Assembly: GCA_026982275.1 (NCBI GenBank)
Contig: JALSHK010000006.1
Coordinates: 1 to 34,875 of the forward strand
Source: Paracoccaceae bacterium
GTDB taxonomy: Bacteria > Pseudomonadota > Alphaproteobacteria > Rhodobacterales > Rhodobacteraceae
Reading direction: 5' to 3'
DNA: 34,875 nucleotides
Part shown: one piece after another, positions 32,844 to 34,875 of the stretch
Layout: each line of letters begins with the position of its first letter
Numbering within the stretch: the first letter of the stretch is position 1
Program-made: the position numbers and the translations under genes
The notes under the pieces: generated by a model
Database searches by the model: none
What the model saw: only the letters and a program-made list of their open reading frames with translations
Told to the model about the DNA's origin: nothing

Positions 32844-33623
32844 ATGTTTACAAGAACACTCCTTTCCGCCGTCCTGGCGCTGGGCCTCGGCACCGCAAGC
32901 TATGGTGAGGGAAACAAGCCTAAAATCGATGATATTGCTTTCAGCTTTGAAGGCGTATTCGGTAAATTCGAAGAAGCGCAGCTTCAGCGCGGATTGCAGG
33001 TATTTACCGAGGTCTGTGCCGCGTGCCACGGGCTGAATCTGCTCTATTACCGCAATCTCGGAGATGAAGGCGGGCCGGGCATGGCCGAGGACCAGGTAAA
33101 GGCCTATGCGGCGCAATTCGAGGTCTTTGATCCTGAAATCGACGATTACCGCCCTGCGATTCCGCCGGATAATTTCGGCAGCAGCAGCATGGCAACCGCA
33201 CCGGATCTTTCACTGATGGCCAAAGCGCGCAAGGGGTTTTCCGGCCCCTACGGGCTGGGATTGAATCAGCTTTTCCGCGGGCTTGGTGGCCCTGAATATA
33301 TCGCGGCGTTTTTGTCATCCTATACCGGCGAAGAAAAAGAAGAGGCAGGCATGCTTCTATACGAGAACACCGCCTTTTATGGTGGCTGGACCTCCATGCC
33401 CCCACCGCTTTTTGACGAGCAGGTAGAATTCGAGCCAGCACATAAAAACACTGTTGAATCTATGTCTGAAGACGTAGCCGCCTTTTTGATGTGGACGGCG
33501 GAGCCTAAGCTGATGCAGCGCAAACAAGCCGGTCTTGTGGCGGTGTTGTTCCTCAGTTTTCTGGCGGTCATGCTTTATCTGACCAACAAGAAAATCTGGG
33601 CAAAAGCCAAGCGTAAAGACTAG
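32844..33623 (+). CDS. petC: Cytochrome c1 subunit of the bc1 complex
   Basis: It has a signal-like N-terminus ([21 protein letters not shown]), the heme-binding motif CAACHG, the downstream ligand region MPPPL, and a C-terminal TM anchor ([24 protein letters not shown]). It is the third gene after petA-petB. Confidence 0.9.
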   Translation: MFTRTLLSAVLALGLGTASYGEGNKPKIDDIAFSFEGVFGKFEEAQLQRGLQVFTEVCAACHGLNLLYYRNLGDEGGPGMAEDQVKAYAAQFEVFDPEIDDYRPAIPPDNFGSSSMATAPDLSLMAKARKGFSGPYGLGLNQLFRGLGGPEYIAAFLSSYTGEEKEEAGMLLYENTAFYGGWTSMPPPLFDEQVEFEPAHKNTVESMSEDVAAFLMWTAEPKLMQRKQAGLVAVLFLSFLAVMLYLTNKKIWAKAKRKD

Positions 33624-33642
33624 GTTCTTCACGATATTTTAG

Positions 33643-33673
33643 AAAAGGCGGTCTTTCGAGGCCGCCTTTTTTT
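33643..33673. terminator. Bidirectional rho-independent terminator between convergent petC and thiQ
   Basis: aaaaggcggt-ctttcgag-gccgccttttttt forms a ~10-bp stem (GGCGG core with one G-U pair) and an 8-nt loop. It is flanked by an A-run on the left and a T-run on the right, so it reads as stem plus U-tract on both strands. Confidence 0.85.
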
Positions 33674-33676
33674 CAT

Positions 33677-34381
33677 TTATAGCATGGGTGAGCTGCCTAA
33701 ATAGGCGGCCAGCGCAGGCGATGGTTTGCGAAAAAATGCGCCTGTTTCCACCGGTGACCGGGCCTTTTCTTCATCCACATACACAACATTTTCGGCAATA
33801 TGGCGGGCATCTTCAGGTGCGTGGGTCACCAGTAGCAGAGTTGCGCCCAGCTCCGCGCGGAGGCTTTCAACCAGCTTCAGCATATCCTGCCGCAAGCCCG
33901 GACCAAGCGCTGCAAAGGGTTCATCCAGCAGTAATAGCGGCTTTTTGCGCAATATTGTGCGGGCCAGCGCGGCCCGCTGCATCTGCCCGCCTGAAAGCGC
34001 GCGCGGATAATCAGCCCCTCGCCCCGCAAGGCCCACCCGCGCCAGCGCGGCCTCAACGGTAAGGCGCTCGGGTTTGGACAGCTTGAAATCCGTTCTCAAT
34101 CCCAGCCCGACATTTTGTTGCAGGGTTAAGTGCGGAAACAGGTTATGCGCTTGAAACATAATCGAAACGGGGCGTTTGGCCGGGGGGAGGTCTGAAATAT
34201 CCTCGCCCTGCCACCACACCCGCCCTTGCGGCTTGATAAATCCGGACAAGGCCAAAAGCAAAGTGGATTTCCCACCGCCGGAGGGGCCGATAATGGCGGT
34301 GGTGCTGTCTGGCGGCACAGCAAAATTGGCGGATAGCGCGAAATCACCCTGATTTATGAATAGCTTTTCAAGCTTCAGCAC
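33677..34381 (-). CDS. thiQ: Thiamine ABC transporter ATP-binding protein
   Basis: (V)LKLEKLFINQGDFALSANFAVPPDSTTAIIGPSGGGKSTLLLALSGFIKP...RPVSIMFQAHNLFPHLTLQQNVGLGL...LSGGQMQRAALARTILRKKPLLLLDEPFAALGPGLRQDML is colinear with E. coli ThiQ (Walker A, RPVSMLFQENNLF, LSGGQ, Walker B). I chose the GTG at the complement of 34379-34381, which has GGAGG 5 nt upstream and overlaps the thiP stop by 14 nt. Confidence 0.8.
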   Translation of the reverse strand: MLKLEKLFINQGDFALSANFAVPPDSTTAIIGPSGGGKSTLLLALSGFIKPQGRVWWQGEDISDLPPAKRPVSIMFQAHNLFPHLTLQQNVGLGLRTDFKLSKPERLTVEAALARVGLAGRGADYPRALSGGQMQRAALARTILRKKPLLLLDEPFAALGPGLRQDMLKLVESLRAELGATLLLVTHAPEDARHIAENVVYVDEEKARSPVETGAFFRKPSPALAAYLGSSPML

Positions 34382-34875
34382 GTTGGCCTCCCTTGTCAAA
34401 AAGATAGAATAGCCCAAAGCTGCTAGCCACCAGTATCAGCGCTGTGCCTGCGGCGGCTTCCATCTGATAGCTGCCCATCTGCCGAAACATCATCAAAGGC
34501 AGGGTTTGTATATCGGGCGGGGCAAACAGGGTGATGACGCCAAGGTCCCCCATGGAAAGCGCGGCGGCCAGCCCGGTGGCAAAGCCCAGCTCGGGGCGGA
34601 TTTGCGGCAGGGTAATATGCCGAAATCGCACCCAGCCGCGCAGGCCCAGCCCGTCAGCGATTCGCCCGTAATTTTCTCGGGTGCGGGCAATGGCGGGCCG
34701 CAATATACGCAGCATCAGCGGCAGGCTCAGCGCGGCGTTCGCCAAGGCCGTGATCGGCAGAGCGAGGCGAAACGGGCTGAAAAACGGGTTGACCAGAATG
34801 AATAACCCAGTGCCGATCACAAAGGGAGAAGCGGCAAGTAGCAACAATACAAAAGCCTCGATCCGGTTGCCCTGC
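34368..34875 (-). CDS. thiP: Thiamine ABC transporter permease, C-terminal part (N-terminus beyond window end)
   Basis: ...LPLMLRILRPAIARTRENYGRIADGLGLRGWVRFRHITLPQIRPELGFATGLAAALSMGDLGVITLFAPPDIQTLPLMMFRQMGSYQMEAAAGTALIL resembles the C-terminal half of E. coli ThiP, including the EAA-loop region. It lies directly upstream of thiQ. Confidence 0.75.
   Translation of the reverse strand, partial: QGNRIEAFVLLLLAASPFVIGTGLFILVNPFFSPFRLALPITALANAALSLPLMLRILRPAIARTRENYGRIADGLGLRGWVRFRHITLPQIRPELGFATGLAAALSMGDLGVITLFAPPDIQTLPLMMFRQMGSYQMEAAAGTALILVASSFGLFYLFDKGGQRAEA

Overview
The window looks like chromosomal DNA from an alphaproteobacterium. It is probably Rhodobacterales-like, because the PetA and PetB translations closely resemble the Rhodobacter capsulatus cytochrome bc1 subunits as I recall them; this is an inference and was not searched. 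The right quarter (26.5-34.9 kb) is ordinary housekeeping: a secreted YyaL/DUF255-type thioredoxin-domain protein, gabD, trmL, the petABC (fbcFBC) bc1 operon with a clean bidirectional terminator, and thiQ-thiP. The left 26 kb is accessory-looking. Two tandem caspase-like (C14) protease genes lie on the minus strand, one of them fused to Sel1 repeats. An AT-rich intergenic region full of CAATAG/CTATTG half-sites separates them from a divergent, roughly 24-kb, 14-gene plus-strand operon (2378-26346). No junction in that operon has a gap above 33 nt, and 8-9 junctions have overlapping stop/start codons. The operon encodes an excisionase-type HTH protein, a leaderless papain-like (C1) cysteine protease with an intact catalytic triad, two Snf7/CHMP-like ESCRT-III proteins, a MIT-domain Vps4-like AAA+ ATPase, a RavA/MoxR-like AAA+ ATPase followed by a protein in the ViaA position with no MIDAS motif, several large proteins with no motif I can recognise (1011, 828, 261 and 698 aa), two small membrane proteins, and a 2458-aa N-terminally anchored beta-propeller-repeat giant. 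I regard this ESCRT-III/Vps4 + RavA + cysteine-protease + giant envelope protein locus as the candidate undescribed system, possibly a membrane-remodelling or conflict system. No integrase, transposase, tRNA, CRISPR array or rRNA is visible in the window. All domain calls come from by-eye motif recognition and need profile or structure searches to confirm.
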